Below the pieces are notes generated by a model. It was not told where the DNA came from and did no database searches. It saw only the letters and a list, made by a program, of their open reading frames with translations. Position numbers and translations under genes: made by a program. This document shows positions 18,648-28,651 of a stretch of DNA of 64,000 bases, piece after piece. Source of the DNA: Acidobacteriota bacterium (lineage in GTDB: Bacteria > Acidobacteriota > Terriglobia > Terriglobales > Acidobacteriaceae); contig JBKICP010000167.1 of assembly GCA_046567085.1 (NCBI GenBank), positions 3,051 through 67,050 of the forward strand, written 5' to 3'. Every line of letters begins with the position of its first letter. The stretch's first letter is position 1.

Positions 18648-18662
18648 ACGCAGGCACAAAAA

Positions 18663-18690
18663 AGAGGCCGGAGCCGCAGCTCCGGCCTCT
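18663..18690. terminator. Bidirectional intrinsic terminator
   Basis: Perfect 12-bp stem agaggccggagc/gctccggcctct with loop cgca. A-run upstream, T-rich downstream. Sits between convergent genes. Confidence 0.65.
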
Positions 18691-18704
18691 TCGCTTCGCG
18701 CAGC

Positions 18705-21700
18705 TTAGTGGATGCCCAATCCGTCGTGCTCGTGGTAATTCGGATACGGCGGCCTGGGATAAGTGGGCAGCGGATGCTCCTTCAGCTGCTCCATCTCGTA
18801 CTGCACAGCGCGCTCCAGCTGCGGATCGTGCCCCGCCGCCACCTCCTTCGGCAGATACTCCACCTCGATGTCCGGTGCGATGCCGTGATTCTCCACCTCG
18901 AACTGCCCGTGCAGGCCATAGATCGCGGTGCGCGGCGCAGTGATTGTGCCGCCGTCGAGCAGCACCGGGTAGCCGCCGATGCCGACCAGTCCGCCCCATG
19001 TGCGCACGCCGATCAGCGGGCCGAGGCCGGCTTTGCGGAAGTACCACGGCATCAGATCGCCGCCCGACCCCGCAGACTGATTGATGAGCATCGTCTTGGG
19101 GCCGAAGATCGCACCCTGCGGATCGGTGACGTCCTGGCCTTCGCGCGTCTCGTAGCGGGACATCGGAACCCGCCGCAGCGTGTCGATCACGTAGTCGGCG
19201 ATCTGTCCGCCCTCGTTGTAGCGCTCGTCGATGATGACGCCTTTCTTGTCCACCTGCGCGAAGAAGTACCGGTTGAAGTTCGTGAATCCCGCGCCTGCCG
19301 TGTTGGGAATGTAGACGTAGGCGATCTGGCCGTGCGTCATCTCATCCACCTTGCGGCGGGTGCCTTCGATAAACGCGAGGTTACGCAGTCCGTGTTCGGA
19401 ATCGATCGCCACCACCGTCACATCACGCGCGCCTGTGCCATCGGCGTTCGGACCCACACGCAGCACGACCTGCTTGTCCGCGGTGCCCTCAAAGAAACTG
19501 TAGAGATTGTCAGAGGCGTGCAGTTCGCGGCCGTTCACCGCCAGCAGATACTCACCCTCCTTCACGTTCACGCCCGGCTGCGTAAGCGGTGCGTGCAGCG
19601 CGGGGTTCCAGTTTTCCCCGTTGTAGATATGCGCGAATTTGTAGCGGTCGTGGTCCACGGAGTAGTCCGCGCCCAGCAGCCCGGTTTTCGGTGAATGATC
19701 GGGCTCGCGCGGCCCCCGGATGAACATGTGCCCCACCGTGATCTCGCCCAGCATCTCCTCGAAGAGGTAATTCAGCTCATCGCGAGAGCCGATGCCGTCC
19801 AGATACGGCTGATAGCGCTTTTCCGCTTTGGCCAGATCAAGCCCGTGGTGATTCGGGTCGTAGAAGAAGTCGCGCTCGATGCGCCACGTCTCGTGGTACA
19901 TCTGACGATACTCGGCGCGCGGATCGATGTGCGCCTGCAGATTGCCGAGATTCAGCGGCTTGCCGGGACTGGTCTTCACCTCGTCGGCCGAGGCAATGAG
20001 CCAGCCATCGCCCTTCCTGTAGAGCATCTTTTCGCCGTTCGCGGAGATATCGAATCCGCCGATGCCGGAGAGCACCTCAGTGGCCTCGCGCTTCTCCAGC
20101 GAGAAACGGTAGAGAGCGTGAATCTCGGGCCCGTTGCCGTGCGATGGGTTCGCCACCGGGGCACCCTCCGCCAGATAAATCACGCCTTCCTTGCCCGCCT
20201 GCAGATCCACGTAGTTGCGCGCCGGAATCGGCAAAGCCAGGATGCGCTGATCGATGCCGTCGAAATCCACCTTCACGACCGGCGGCTTCTTCTCCTCTTT
20301 CTTTCCTTTGTCTGCGGTCTCGTCCTTCTTTTCTCCGGCGGCCTGATCGCCGTTCTTCTTGGCTTCGTCCGGCGGCTTGCTCTCGTCCTTTGCTTTCTCG
20401 TCGTCGCTCTGCGGAGGCAGCGGCGACGGCAGGTCTTTCGCCAGCACGACGACGTACGCGTTGCTGCTGACCGCATGATCGAGGCTCGACAAATCGAAGC
20501 CCGCAACCGACGGCCCCACGTTCGTACTCGCCGTGAAGTAGAGATACTTGCCGTTGCGGTCCCATGCCAGCGTACCCACATCGCTCATGCCGTCGGTCAC
20601 CTGCGTCGCTTTACCGGAGTCCAGCGAATAGAGGAAGACCGCCTTCATGTGGTTGTGCAGTTCCTTCAGATAGCCGATCCATTGGCTGTCCGGCGACCAG
20701 ACGGAGCTGCCCTGGAACCCGAACCCTTCATAGTCCTGCGTGTCCACCTTGACCGGGTGCGGATTGTCGACATCGACGTACCAGAGATTCAGCTTCTTGT
20801 CGGAGTAGAAAATGCGTTTCGAATCCGGCGACCAGACCGGCGCATAGAAGAACGACGGCGAAGGCCCGAGATCGATCACCTTCGGCGCTTTGATTCCGTC
20901 CTGATCGCGAATGAACAGCTGATATTCGCCGGAGGCATCGCTGAAGTACGCGATGGATTTGCCGTCCGGTGCCCACGCCGGATCGCGCTCCGCCGCATTC
21001 GAGGTGTCGGTCAGATTGCGCGCGTCGCCCTTCTCCGCGGGCACGGTAAAGATATCGCCGTGCGCCTCAAAAACGGCGCGCTGGCCGGTGGGCGAGATCG
21101 CGGCGGCAAGGATCGTGTGCGGATCGATGACCGCCAGCGTTGGCTCCAGCGCTGGCAGGTCGCCGTGCAGCGTGATCTCGACCGGATGCTGCGTACGTGT
21201 GGCCGGATCGTAGAGATGGATGCTCCCGAACTGCTCGTAGACGATGCCCCCCGGCCCGGCGCTCGCCGACTTCAGATCGAAGCTCTTGTTCTCAACCACC
21301 TGCTCCACCTGCTTCGACTTTGTGTCGTAGCTGAAGAGCGTGACCGGGCCGTTGCGGTCGGAGAGAAAGTAGACCTTGTCGCCCACCCACAGCGGATTCT
21401 TGTCGTTCGAGTTGTCGCGCGGTACCTTCGTCAGGTCCAGCGTCGCGAGGTCCACGATCCAGATCGGTTCCGTCTGCCCGCCGTGATAGCGCTTCCACGC
21501 CACCTGCCACTGGTTGAACGGCGTGTAGGCGATCTGCTTGCCGTCCGGCGAGAGCGAGCCGCTGTCTGCCGAAGGAAGCGGCAACGCAACCGGCAGCCCC
21601 GAGCCGTCGGCGTGCATGCGGAAGAGTTGCGAGAAATCGTTCCACGCCCCGCGCCCGCTCAGGAACAGGACATCCTTCCCATCGGGCGACCAGCCGACCA

Positions 21701-22028
21701 CCACGTCGTCGCCAGGATGATAGGTGAGACGATGCGCCACACCGCCGTTGGCGGGAATCGTGTAGACATCGACGTTGCCCCGGATACGCGCGGAATACGC
21801 GATGGTCTGGCCGTCAGGCGAGAAGTAAGGGCCATCGACAATGGATGCCGTGGACGTGAGGCGAACCGCTTCGCCGCCCGTGCGCGCCACCACCCAGATG
21901 TCATCGGCGTGGCGGAAGGCGATCTGATCCTTACTGAGCGAGGGATGCAGCAGAAGCAGCGGCGCAGCCTGCGAAGCCAGCGGCACAGCAAGGAGCGCCA
22001 ACAGCACGGCAAACGTGTGTCGAAGCAC
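18705..22028 (-). CDS. Tricorn protease homolog (TolB-like beta-propellers + PDZ + S41 peptidase), secreted
   Basis: 1107 aa with a signal peptide. Repeated YFSPDG/WSPDG propeller motifs. C-terminal S41 core (NQSAGSGGD). Confidence 0.85.
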   Translation of the reverse strand: MLRHTFAVLLALLAVPLASQAAPLLLLHPSLSKDQIAFRHADDIWVVARTGGEAVRLTSTASIVDGPYFSPDGQTIAYSARIRGNVDVYTIPANGGVAHRLTYHPGDDVVVGWSPDGKDVLFLSGRGAWNDFSQLFRMHADGSGLPVALPLPSADSGSLSPDGKQIAYTPFNQWQVAWKRYHGGQTEPIWIVDLATLDLTKVPRDNSNDKNPLWVGDKVYFLSDRNGPVTLFSYDTKSKQVEQVVENKSFDLKSASAGPGGIVYEQFGSIHLYDPATRTQHPVEITLHGDLPALEPTLAVIDPHTILAAAISPTGQRAVFEAHGDIFTVPAEKGDARNLTDTSNAAERDPAWAPDGKSIAYFSDASGEYQLFIRDQDGIKAPKVIDLGPSPSFFYAPVWSPDSKRIFYSDKKLNLWYVDVDNPHPVKVDTQDYEGFGFQGSSVWSPDSQWIGYLKELHNHMKAVFLYSLDSGKATQVTDGMSDVGTLAWDRNGKYLYFTASTNVGPSVAGFDLSSLDHAVSSNAYVVVLAKDLPSPLPPQSDDEKAKDESKPPDEAKKNGDQAAGEKKDETADKGKKEEKKPPVVKVDFDGIDQRILALPIPARNYVDLQAGKEGVIYLAEGAPVANPSHGNGPEIHALYRFSLEKREATEVLSGIGGFDISANGEKMLYRKGDGWLIASADEVKTSPGKPLNLGNLQAHIDPRAEYRQMYHETWRIERDFFYDPNHHGLDLAKAEKRYQPYLDGIGSRDELNYLFEEMLGEITVGHMFIRGPREPDHSPKTGLLGADYSVDHDRYKFAHIYNGENWNPALHAPLTQPGVNVKEGEYLLAVNGRELHASDNLYSFFEGTADKQVVLRVGPNADGTGARDVTVVAIDSEHGLRNLAFIEGTRRKVDEMTHGQIAYVYIPNTAGAGFTNFNRYFFAQVDKKGVIIDERYNEGGQIADYVIDTLRRVPMSRYETREGQDVTDPQGAIFGPKTMLINQSAGSGGDLMPWYFRKAGLGPLIGVRTWGGLVGIGGYPVLLDGGTITAPRTAIYGLHGQFEVENHGIAPDIEVEYLPKEVAAGHDPQLERAVQYEMEQLKEHPLPTYPRPPYPNYHEHDGLGIH

Positions 22029-22130
22029 AAAGCCTCCGGTAGGAATCGATGGTGAAGGGCAAGTGTACTCGGGTTATCGGCGCTGCGCTATGCACCCGTG
22101 ACGAACGGGCCTGCAGCAGATGTGCCGCGG

Positions 22131-23012
22131 TCAGGGTTTGTTGGGATCGCGCAGCCGGAAGCGATTGGCGTGGTCGAACTCGTCGCGCAACTCCGGCGTC
22201 CTGAGGTTTTCGCGGATGTGCGCGAGGCGCTGTTCCAGCGCGTTGAGCGAGCGGCCGATTGCCTCAGAGTTGGCGTGGGCGATGTCGCGCCACATCGAGA
22301 AAGGGCTCGCACCCAGGCGGGTCATTTCGCGCAGCGCCCGCCCGCCGATGGGCAGCAGGTCGGTGTTAGCCGCAAATTCATCCTCCAGCAGCGCGCACAT
22401 GGCCGTCGAAACCAGCTGTGGCAGGTGGCTGATCCACGCGCACAGCACATCGTGACGGTCGGCATCTATGTCGATCACCCGGGCTCCGAATCGCCCCACC
22501 CAGGCGCGCCACTCCTGCGCGGCGAACTTCGCGTTTTGCGAACCGCCTTCGGCCTGCCTGGAAGGAGTGAAAAGCCACACCGCCCCGTCGAAGAGATTGG
22601 CATCGGCGTTTTCGGCTCCGCTGACCTCTTTTCCCGCCATGGGATGCCCAGGCAGGAATCCAGCCTGGCCGGGCCCGTCATATTTGTCGCGGGCGCGAGC
22701 ACAAATGGCACCCTTCACACTGCCCACATCGGTCACGACCTGATCGTCCTGCAGCAACGGTGCCAGGCGGTTGAGCCATTCGAGGATGGTGAACACCGGA
22801 CCGCCCAGCAGGATCAGATCCGCTTCCGTCGCCGCCGCGAGTGGATCGTCGGCGATCACCGTGATCGCTTCGCGCCGCAGCGCAACGTGAACCTGCCCAG
22901 GGTTCGGATCCCATCCCGCGATCGATCCGGAAAATCCACGCGAACGCAGCGCGAGCCCCACCGATGCGCCGATGAGTCCGGTGCCGAGGATCGCGATGCG
23001 TTCGATCGCCAT
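22131..23012 (-). CDS. tyrA: Prephenate (or arogenate) dehydrogenase
   Basis: Rossmann motif IAILGTGLIGAS. GHPMAGKE catalytic region. Confidence 0.85.
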   Translation of the reverse strand: MAIERIAILGTGLIGASVGLALRSRGFSGSIAGWDPNPGQVHVALRREAITVIADDPLAAATEADLILLGGPVFTILEWLNRLAPLLQDDQVVTDVGSVKGAICARARDKYDGPGQAGFLPGHPMAGKEVSGAENADANLFDGAVWLFTPSRQAEGGSQNAKFAAQEWRAWVGRFGARVIDIDADRHDVLCAWISHLPQLVSTAMCALLEDEFAANTDLLPIGGRALREMTRLGASPFSMWRDIAHANSEAIGRSLNALEQRLAHIRENLRTPELRDEFDHANRFRLRDPNKP

Positions 23013-23018
23013 GGTTGC

Positions 23019-24035
23019 TTAGAGAGTACGCCCGACCGCGGATGCGATGATGCGCAGCGAGCCCATCAGCTCCGCGAACTTGTCCGGGAACATCGACTGC
23101 GCTCCGTCCGACAGTGCCTTATCGGGGTTGGGGTGCACTTCGATCAGCAACCCGTCTCCGCCGGCCGCCACCGTCGCCCGCGCCATCGCAGGAACCTTGT
23201 CGCGCCGGCCCGTACCGTGCGAGGGGTCGCCCACAATCGGCAGGTGCGAGAGCTTCTTCACCACCGGGATCGCGGAGATGTCCATGGTGTTGCGCGTGTA
23301 GGTTTCAAAGGTGCGGATGCCGCGCTCGCAGAGGATCACGTCGTAGTTGCCGCCGGCGAGCAGATATTCCGCACTCAGCAGCAGCTCCTCGATCGTTGCC
23401 GCGATACCGCGCTTCAGCAGTACCGGGCGGCGCACGTCGCCGAGCTCGCGCAGCAGGTTGAAGTTCTGCATATTGCGCGCGCCCACCTGGAAAAGATCGA
23501 CGTACGGCATCATCGGCTCAATCTGCGCAATCTCCATCACCTCGCTCACCACCAGCAAGCCGTGCGCATCGCCCGCTTCGCGCAGCAGCTTGAGCGCGTC
23601 GAGCCCCAGACCCTGGAAGGAGTACTGCGAGCTCCGCGGTTTGAAGGCGCCGCCGCGCAGAAAGTTCGCGCCCGCCTCTTTGACGATCTTCGCGCAGGCG
23701 AAGATCTGCTCGCGGCTTTCCACCGAGCACGGCCCGGCCATCACCACGACCTGTTCGCCTCCGACGCTGACGCCATTAGGGAAGCGCACGACCGTGCCCT
23801 CGGGACGAAAGCTGCGCCCCGCCAGCTTGTAGGGCGACGAGATGCGGATCACTTCCGCAACCCCGGCGAGTACTTCAAACTCTTTATGGTCGAAGATGCC
23901 GGGCGTTCCCACCCCGGCCAGGATGGTCTGCACCGTTCCGGTGGTGCGGTGGACGTTGAACCCGATTTCCATCATGCGCTCGACGACCGCCTGAATCTCT
24001 TCTTCGGTCGCGCGCTCCTGCATGGCTACGATCAT
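23019..24035 (-). CDS. aroF: 3-deoxy-7-phosphoheptulonate (DAHP) synthase, type I-beta, with N-terminal ferredoxin-like regulatory domain
   Basis: Resembles Thermotoga-type DAHPS end to end: MIVAMQ...EEEIQAVV regulatory domain, then GPCSVES, KPRSSQYSFQG, DPSHGTGRRD. Confidence 0.9.
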   Translation of the reverse strand: MIVAMQERATEEEIQAVVERMMEIGFNVHRTTGTVQTILAGVGTPGIFDHKEFEVLAGVAEVIRISSPYKLAGRSFRPEGTVVRFPNGVSVGGEQVVVMAGPCSVESREQIFACAKIVKEAGANFLRGGAFKPRSSQYSFQGLGLDALKLLREAGDAHGLLVVSEVMEIAQIEPMMPYVDLFQVGARNMQNFNLLRELGDVRRPVLLKRGIAATIEELLLSAEYLLAGGNYDVILCERGIRTFETYTRNTMDISAIPVVKKLSHLPIVGDPSHGTGRRDKVPAMARATVAAGGDGLLIEVHPNPDKALSDGAQSMFPDKFAELMGSLRIIASAVGRTL

Positions 24036-24355
24036 TGGTCTTTTCCTGTCTTTTGCGTGTGGGCTTCGCTGGCCGGGACGCCGGGGCGCGATGCAAGTTC
24101 GTTACGCTGCAGCGCGCGCATGACGTCGACAATCCGCTCATAGATGTGTACGAGCTCGATGTCGGGCAGCGGGCCCGGATTGTGGGTGCGGACATTTTCG
24201 AAGATGACGCGCTCGCGATTCGGTTCGTACACGGGCAGATCGGTTGTGCGCTTGAGGCGGCCGATTTCCTGCGCTGCCGCCGCGCGCTCGCTGATCAACA
24301 GCACAATTTGCCGGTCGAGTTCGTCGATTTTGCGTCGCCAGGTTTCGATATCCAT
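24032..24355 (-). CDS. Chorismate mutase (AroQ class)
   Basis: MDIETWRRKIDELDRQIVLLISERAAAAQEIGRLK is a typical AroQ helix 1. ATGA overlap with DAHP synthase. The ORF could extend to 24409. Confidence 0.8.
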   Translation of the reverse strand: MDIETWRRKIDELDRQIVLLISERAAAAQEIGRLKRTTDLPVYEPNRERVIFENVRTHNPGPLPDIELVHIYERIVDVMRALQRNELASRPGVPASEAHTQKTGKDQ

Positions 24356-24432
24356 TCTTTTCCTGAAGACCGCGCGCAACGGCGCGGCCGGAGCTGGAGC
24401 TGTCCGCAAGAAACTATCGTATACGGGGAGAA

Positions 24433-25224
24433 TCAGCGGGCCGGCACGGCGGGCTCATGGCGAGCGCCGAGCAGACCCTGAATAAATCGAGCGATGGAAC
24501 TGGCCGCGTGCTTCGGTCCAGCCTGCTCAATGGTCGCGACCAGCGCACTGCCGATCACGGCGGCGTCGGCGAACGAGCCCACCGCAGCAAATTGCTCCGG
24601 GGTCGAGATGCCAAATCCAACCGCAATCGGAAGCTTCGTGAAACGGCGCAGCCTTCCGACCAGTTGCTCAGCGTCCGAGGTCAGCGACTTTTGTGCGCCC
24701 GTGATGCCGGTGCGCGAGATGGCGTAGACAAATCCGCGCGATGCAGCCGCAATGCGCTCCAGTCGCTCATCGGGACTGGTCGGTGCGGCCAGAAAAATCG
24801 GCGCCAGTTGATGCCGGTGCAGGGCGCTGAGATATTCCTCCGCCTCCTCAACGATCAGGTCGGTGGCGAGCACGCCATCCACGCCGGCCTGCTCCGCAGC
24901 ATCGCAGAAATTTTCCAGTCCCATCCGCAGGATCGGATTGAAGTACGAGAAGACAATGAGGCCCGCACTCGGACGCGCGCCGCGCAGTCTCGCCGTAAGG
25001 GCAAGAACATCGCGCAGGCTGGTTCCGTTCTTCAGCGCGCGCTCGCTGGCGCGCTGGATCACCGGACCGTCGGCGACCGGATCGCTGAACGGCACGCCCA
25101 GTTCGAGCACATCGGCGCCCGCATCAATCGCGGCCAGCGCGATGTCGTAAGTGGCCTCGAGGTCGGGATCGCCCACCGTGAGGTAAGCAACGAGGCCTGG
25201 TTGATGGACGAACTCGATCGGCAT
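24433..25224 (-). CDS. trpA: Tryptophan synthase alpha chain
   Basis: LVAYLTVGDPD, ELGVPFSDPVADGPVIQ, GFGIS motifs. Confidence 0.95.
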   Translation of the reverse strand: MPIEFVHQPGLVAYLTVGDPDLEATYDIALAAIDAGADVLELGVPFSDPVADGPVIQRASERALKNGTSLRDVLALTARLRGARPSAGLIVFSYFNPILRMGLENFCDAAEQAGVDGVLATDLIVEEAEEYLSALHRHQLAPIFLAAPTSPDERLERIAAASRGFVYAISRTGITGAQKSLTSDAEQLVGRLRRFTKLPIAVGFGISTPEQFAAVGSFADAAVIGSALVATIEQAGPKHAASSIARFIQGLLGARHEPAVPAR

Positions 25225-25230
25225 CTTCGT

Positions 25231-26433
25231 CTATTTTCCCGCAAGCCTCAGCTCGCGCGCCAAAATCCCCATGTCTTTGTCGCCGCGGCCGGAGACGTTG
25301 ACGATGACGATGTCCCGCGGGCTCATCGTCGGCGCCACGCGGATGCATTCCGCGACGGCGTGCGCGCTCTCGAGCGCCGGGATAATCCCCTCGGTGCGCG
25401 CCAGGCGCATCGTTGCCTCCAGAGCCTGAGCGTCGGTCGCGGAGGTGTACTCAGCGCGCCCGGAGTCGTGCAGCGCCGCGTGTTCGGGACCGATCGAGGC
25501 ATAGTCCAGTCCCGCCGAAACCGAGTGCGTGAGTGCGATCTGCCCATTCTCGTCCTGCAGCACGTAGGAATACGTTCCCTGCAGAACCCCCGGGGCGCCG
25601 CCGCTGAAGCGCGCCGCGTGTTCGCCCAGCTGTGCGCTGCGGCCGCCTGCCTCGACGCCGATCAGCCGCACTTCCTTGTCGGGAATGAATTCGTAGAACG
25701 CGCCAATGGCATTCGAGCCGCCGCCCACGCAGGCGATCATCGCCGCGGGCAGTCGATTCTCCTTCTCCAGAATCTGCGCGCGCGCCTCGCGGCTGATCAC
25801 GCGATGGAAGTCGCGCACCATCGCCGGATACGGATGCGCGCCCAGCACGCTGCCCAGCAGATAATGCGTCGTGCGGACGTTCGTCACCCAGTCCCGCATC
25901 GCTTCGTTGATCGCGTCCTTCAGCGTGCGCGATCCCGACGACACGCCGCGCACCTCGGCGCCCAGCATGCGCATGCGATAGACGTTCAGCTCCTGCCGCT
26001 GCATGTCCTCTTCGCCCATGTAGACGACGCAGTCGAGGCCGAACAGCGCGCATACGGTCGCCGTGGCCACGCCATGCTGCCCGGCGCCCGTCTCCGCGAT
26101 GATGCGCTTCTTGCCCATGCGCACCGCCAGCAGCGCCTGCCCCAGGCAGTTGTTGATCTTGTGCGCGCCGGTATGCAGCAGGTCTTCGCGCTTGAGGTAA
26201 ATCTTTGCGCCGCCCAGGGCTTCCGTGAGCCGTGATGCGAAGTAGAGCGGCGTCGGCCGCCCGGCGTAATCGCGCAGCAGCGCTTCGAGTTTCAGATGGA
26301 AGTCAGGATCGGCCTGCGCTTCGATGTAAGCGTGCTCCAGTTCGTCGAGCGCCGCGACGAGCGTCTCGGGGACGTACCGCCCACCATAAGGACCGAAGCG
26401 TCCGGTCACGCGAGTTGTAGCGCTGGCAGCCAT
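25231..26433 (-). CDS. trpB: Tryptophan synthase beta chain
   Basis: [18 protein letters not shown] lysine region [11 protein letters not shown]. Start set at the internal ATG (MAASATT); the upstream extension to 26613 is Arg/Ser-rich and non-homologous. Confidence 0.95.
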   Translation of the reverse strand: MAASATTRVTGRFGPYGGRYVPETLVAALDELEHAYIEAQADPDFHLKLEALLRDYAGRPTPLYFASRLTEALGGAKIYLKREDLLHTGAHKINNCLGQALLAVRMGKKRIIAETGAGQHGVATATVCALFGLDCVVYMGEEDMQRQELNVYRMRMLGAEVRGVSSGSRTLKDAINEAMRDWVTNVRTTHYLLGSVLGAHPYPAMVRDFHRVISREARAQILEKENRLPAAMIACVGGGSNAIGAFYEFIPDKEVRLIGVEAGGRSAQLGEHAARFSGGAPGVLQGTYSYVLQDENGQIALTHSVSAGLDYASIGPEHAALHDSGRAEYTSATDAQALEATMRLARTEGIIPALESAHAVAECIRVAPTMSPRDIVIVNVSGRGDKDMGILARELRLAGK

Positions 26434-26491
26434 GGTTTCAGGGTACAAGGTTGATGATGCAGCGTACAGGGCGGCGGTAGCGTGGAAATGT

Positions 26492-27199
26492 CTACTGCGG
26501 GACCAGGTGCTTGTTCTCGATCGCGGCGAAAGCCGTGCGGGCAGCCTCGATGAAGGCGCGCACGCGTGCTGGATCCTTCTTCCCCGGATACTGCTCCACG
26601 CCGCTGGAAACATCCACGCCCCAGGGTTTCACCGTCTGAATCGCCTGGGCCACGTTCTGCGGATTGAGGCCGCCGGCCAGGATGATGCGCATGTTGCCGG
26701 CCTCAGCCCCCGTTACGTCCCTGGCGCGTTCCCAGTCGAGCGGCTGTCCGGTGCCGCCCGAGGCCGACGCGTTGCGGGAGTCGAGCAGGACCGCGTCGAT
26801 ATCGTTATGCCGCCCGATGGCCCGCAACTCGTTGCGCAGCGTTTCCTCGGCCCGGGCGGGGTCGCGGGTCAGATCCCAATGGAGGGTCTGGATGAGAAAA
26901 AGACCCGCGCCGAATTCGCGGCGCAGTTTCTCGGCAAGGGCAAAATCGAGTTCTCCATGGAGCTGGACTCCGTGGAGTCCGCCGGAGCGAAGCGCGGATC
27001 GGATCTCATCGAAGTTCTGCGTATTGAAGACGCCGACGGCGGTCACATCGTCGGGCAGCGTGGGCATGATTTCGGAGATCTGCGCCATATTGACCCGGCG
27101 GATGCTCGGTGCGAAGACGAAGCCAACCGCGTCGGCCGCGTCCGCGATGGAGGGCTGAAGGTCTGCCAGAGTCTGATTGCCGCAAATCTTGATCCACAT
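26492..27199 (-). CDS. trpF: Phosphoribosylanthranilate isomerase
   Basis: MWIKICGN start. AVGFVF and [10 protein letters not shown] motifs. Confidence 0.9.
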   Translation of the reverse strand: MWIKICGNQTLADLQPSIADAADAVGFVFAPSIRRVNMAQISEIMPTLPDDVTAVGVFNTQNFDEIRSALRSGGLHGVQLHGELDFALAEKLRREFGAGLFLIQTLHWDLTRDPARAEETLRNELRAIGRHNDIDAVLLDSRNASASGGTGQPLDWERARDVTGAEAGNMRIILAGGLNPQNVAQAIQTVKPWGVDVSSGVEQYPGKKDPARVRAFIEAARTAFAAIENKHLVPQ

Positions 27200-27204
27200 T
27201 TCCG

Positions 27205-27981
27205 TCAGGCCCTCTGTGTCGTGGTCTCTGTGGACGCGCCCACCGATCGCAGCAGAGCGCCCAACGCCTCACCGGGTTCCGGCTGCCGCATAAGCGACTC
27301 GCCGATGAGAAATGCGTGGAATCCGGCGTCGCGCAGTTTTCCGATATCGCTCCCGGTGTGGATGCCGCTCTCTGCCACGCGCACGGCGGCGGCAGGCAGC
27401 AGCTCGGCCAGTTCCAGCGACGTCTCCAGCCGCACCTCAAAGGTCTTCAGATCGCGATTGTTCACGCCGTAGGCCGCGCAGCCCAGATCGCGCACCCTCG
27501 CCGCTTCCTCGGCGTTGTGCACTTCGCACAGCACGTCGAGATCGAGCGCGTGCGCGGCGGCGGCGAAGCGGGCCAGCTCGGCATCCTTCAGCGCGGCGGC
27601 GATCAGCAGGATCGCGTCCGCATGATGCGCGCGCGCCTCCACGATCTGATACTCGTCGACAATGAGATCCTTGCGCAGGCAGGGAATCCGCGTCACCCCG
27701 GAGGCCAGGTCGAGATTCGTCAAACTCCCCTGGAAAAAGGCCTCGTCCGTCAGAACCGAGAGTGCCGCGGCTCCGGCGCCTTCCAGTTCGCGAGCCAGCA
27801 GTGCCGGCTCAAAATCCTCCCGGATCAGCCCTTTCGACGGCGAAGCCTTTTTTAGCTCCGCGATGATCGCCGGGCCCTCCGCGCCGGCCTCGCGCAGACT
27901 GCGACCGAAGCCACGGGGCGTGTGCATCGCGGCCGCCCGTTCGAGCAGAGCCAGAGGAGCCCGCTCGCGGCGGCGAGCCAC
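27205..27981 (-). CDS. trpC: Indole-3-glycerol phosphate synthase
   Basis: IIAELKKASPSKG and CLRKDLIVDEYQI motifs. GTG start at 27981. Homologous N-terminal residues (LHLERILSQTRADV) continue upstream to about 28020 with no canonical start, so the true start is uncertain. Confidence 0.9.
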   Translation of the reverse strand: MARRRERAPLALLERAAAMHTPRGFGRSLREAGAEGPAIIAELKKASPSKGLIREDFEPALLARELEGAGAAALSVLTDEAFFQGSLTNLDLASGVTRIPCLRKDLIVDEYQIVEARAHHADAILLIAAALKDAELARFAAAAHALDLDVLCEVHNAEEAARVRDLGCAAYGVNNRDLKTFEVRLETSLELAELLPAAAVRVAESGIHTGSDIGKLRDAGFHAFLIGESLMRQPEPGEALGALLRSVGASTETTTQRA

Positions 27982-28158
27982 GTCGGCGCGAGTCTGGGAG
28001 AGGATGCGTTCGAGATGCAGAAGAAAGGCCCTCTCGACTCAGTATAGCGACGCCTGTCCTGGCCCCCCGCCTGACATTTGTCACCTGCGATTCCTGACGA
28101 ACCGCACTGCTGCCATCGACCGCTTTGCGCGATTCTGGAATTGTCATCAGGAGGCGTC

Positions 28159-28353
28159 ATGAACAATCCATTCCCAAATTCAATCCCCACTCCGCCGGCT
28201 CCTTCCTGGATTGAGCGCCGCTGTTCCGGATCGAACTTCCTGTTCGCCCTCGGTATCGTGCTCCTGTGCTTCGGCCAGGCCATCACCGGCGATCACCGCG
28301 TAACCATGATCGGCCTCGGCATGGTGGTCTTCAGCAGCATCTTCGAGTGGTAG
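28159..28353 (+). CDS. Small hypothetical membrane protein (64 aa)
   Basis: ATG preceded by AGGAGG. Two hydrophobic helices (FLFALGIVLLCFGQAI, MIGLGMVVFSSIF). Confidence 0.45.
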   Translation: MNNPFPNSIPTPPAPSWIERRCSGSNFLFALGIVLLCFGQAITGDHRVTMIGLGMVVFSSIFEW

Positions 28354-28366
28354 CGGCGAGTCTTCC

Positions 28367-28642
28367 TCAGGCAGCGGCCAGGCGTGGGATTTTTCTCCGC
28401 TTTACCCTCGATGCCTGCCACAGATCGTATTGGGTCTGCAAATTCAGCCACAATTCTGGTGAAGTACCGAGAGCCTCGGAAAGGCGCAGGGCCATCTCAG
28501 CAGAGATGCCCGAACTTCCATTCAGGAGGCGGGAAAGCGTTACGCGAGAAATACCCAGGTGCGAAGCGAGCCGGGTTACAGGCATGGAGCCCATGTGCTC
28601 GCGAAGAATTTCTCCGGGGTGAGCTGGATTGTGCATGCGCAT
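28367..28642 (-). CDS. higA: HigA-type antitoxin (XRE HTH)
   Basis: HPGEILREH...LASHLGISRVTLSRLLNG...ISAEMALRLSEALGTSPELWLNLQ is canonical HigA. Lies downstream of higB. Confidence 0.85.
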   Translation of the reverse strand: MRMHNPAHPGEILREHMGSMPVTRLASHLGISRVTLSRLLNGSSGISAEMALRLSEALGTSPELWLNLQTQYDLWQASRVKRRKIPRLAAA

Positions 28643-28651
28643 GTTCGCTCC

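Noticed and set aside
19695-22055. 786-aa plus-strand ORF
   Set aside because: It lies entirely antisense to the well-supported tricorn protease gene. It is Arg/Leu/Ala-rich with no recognisable domain, a typical high-GC mirror ORF.
24457-26235. 592-aa plus-strand ORF
   Set aside because: It is antisense to trpA and trpB and has no recognisable motifs.
27982-28158. Trp-codon leader peptide or attenuator upstream of trpC
   Set aside because: The only small minus-strand ORF (28081-28116, MAAVRFVRNRR) has no Trp codons, and no terminator hairpin follows it.
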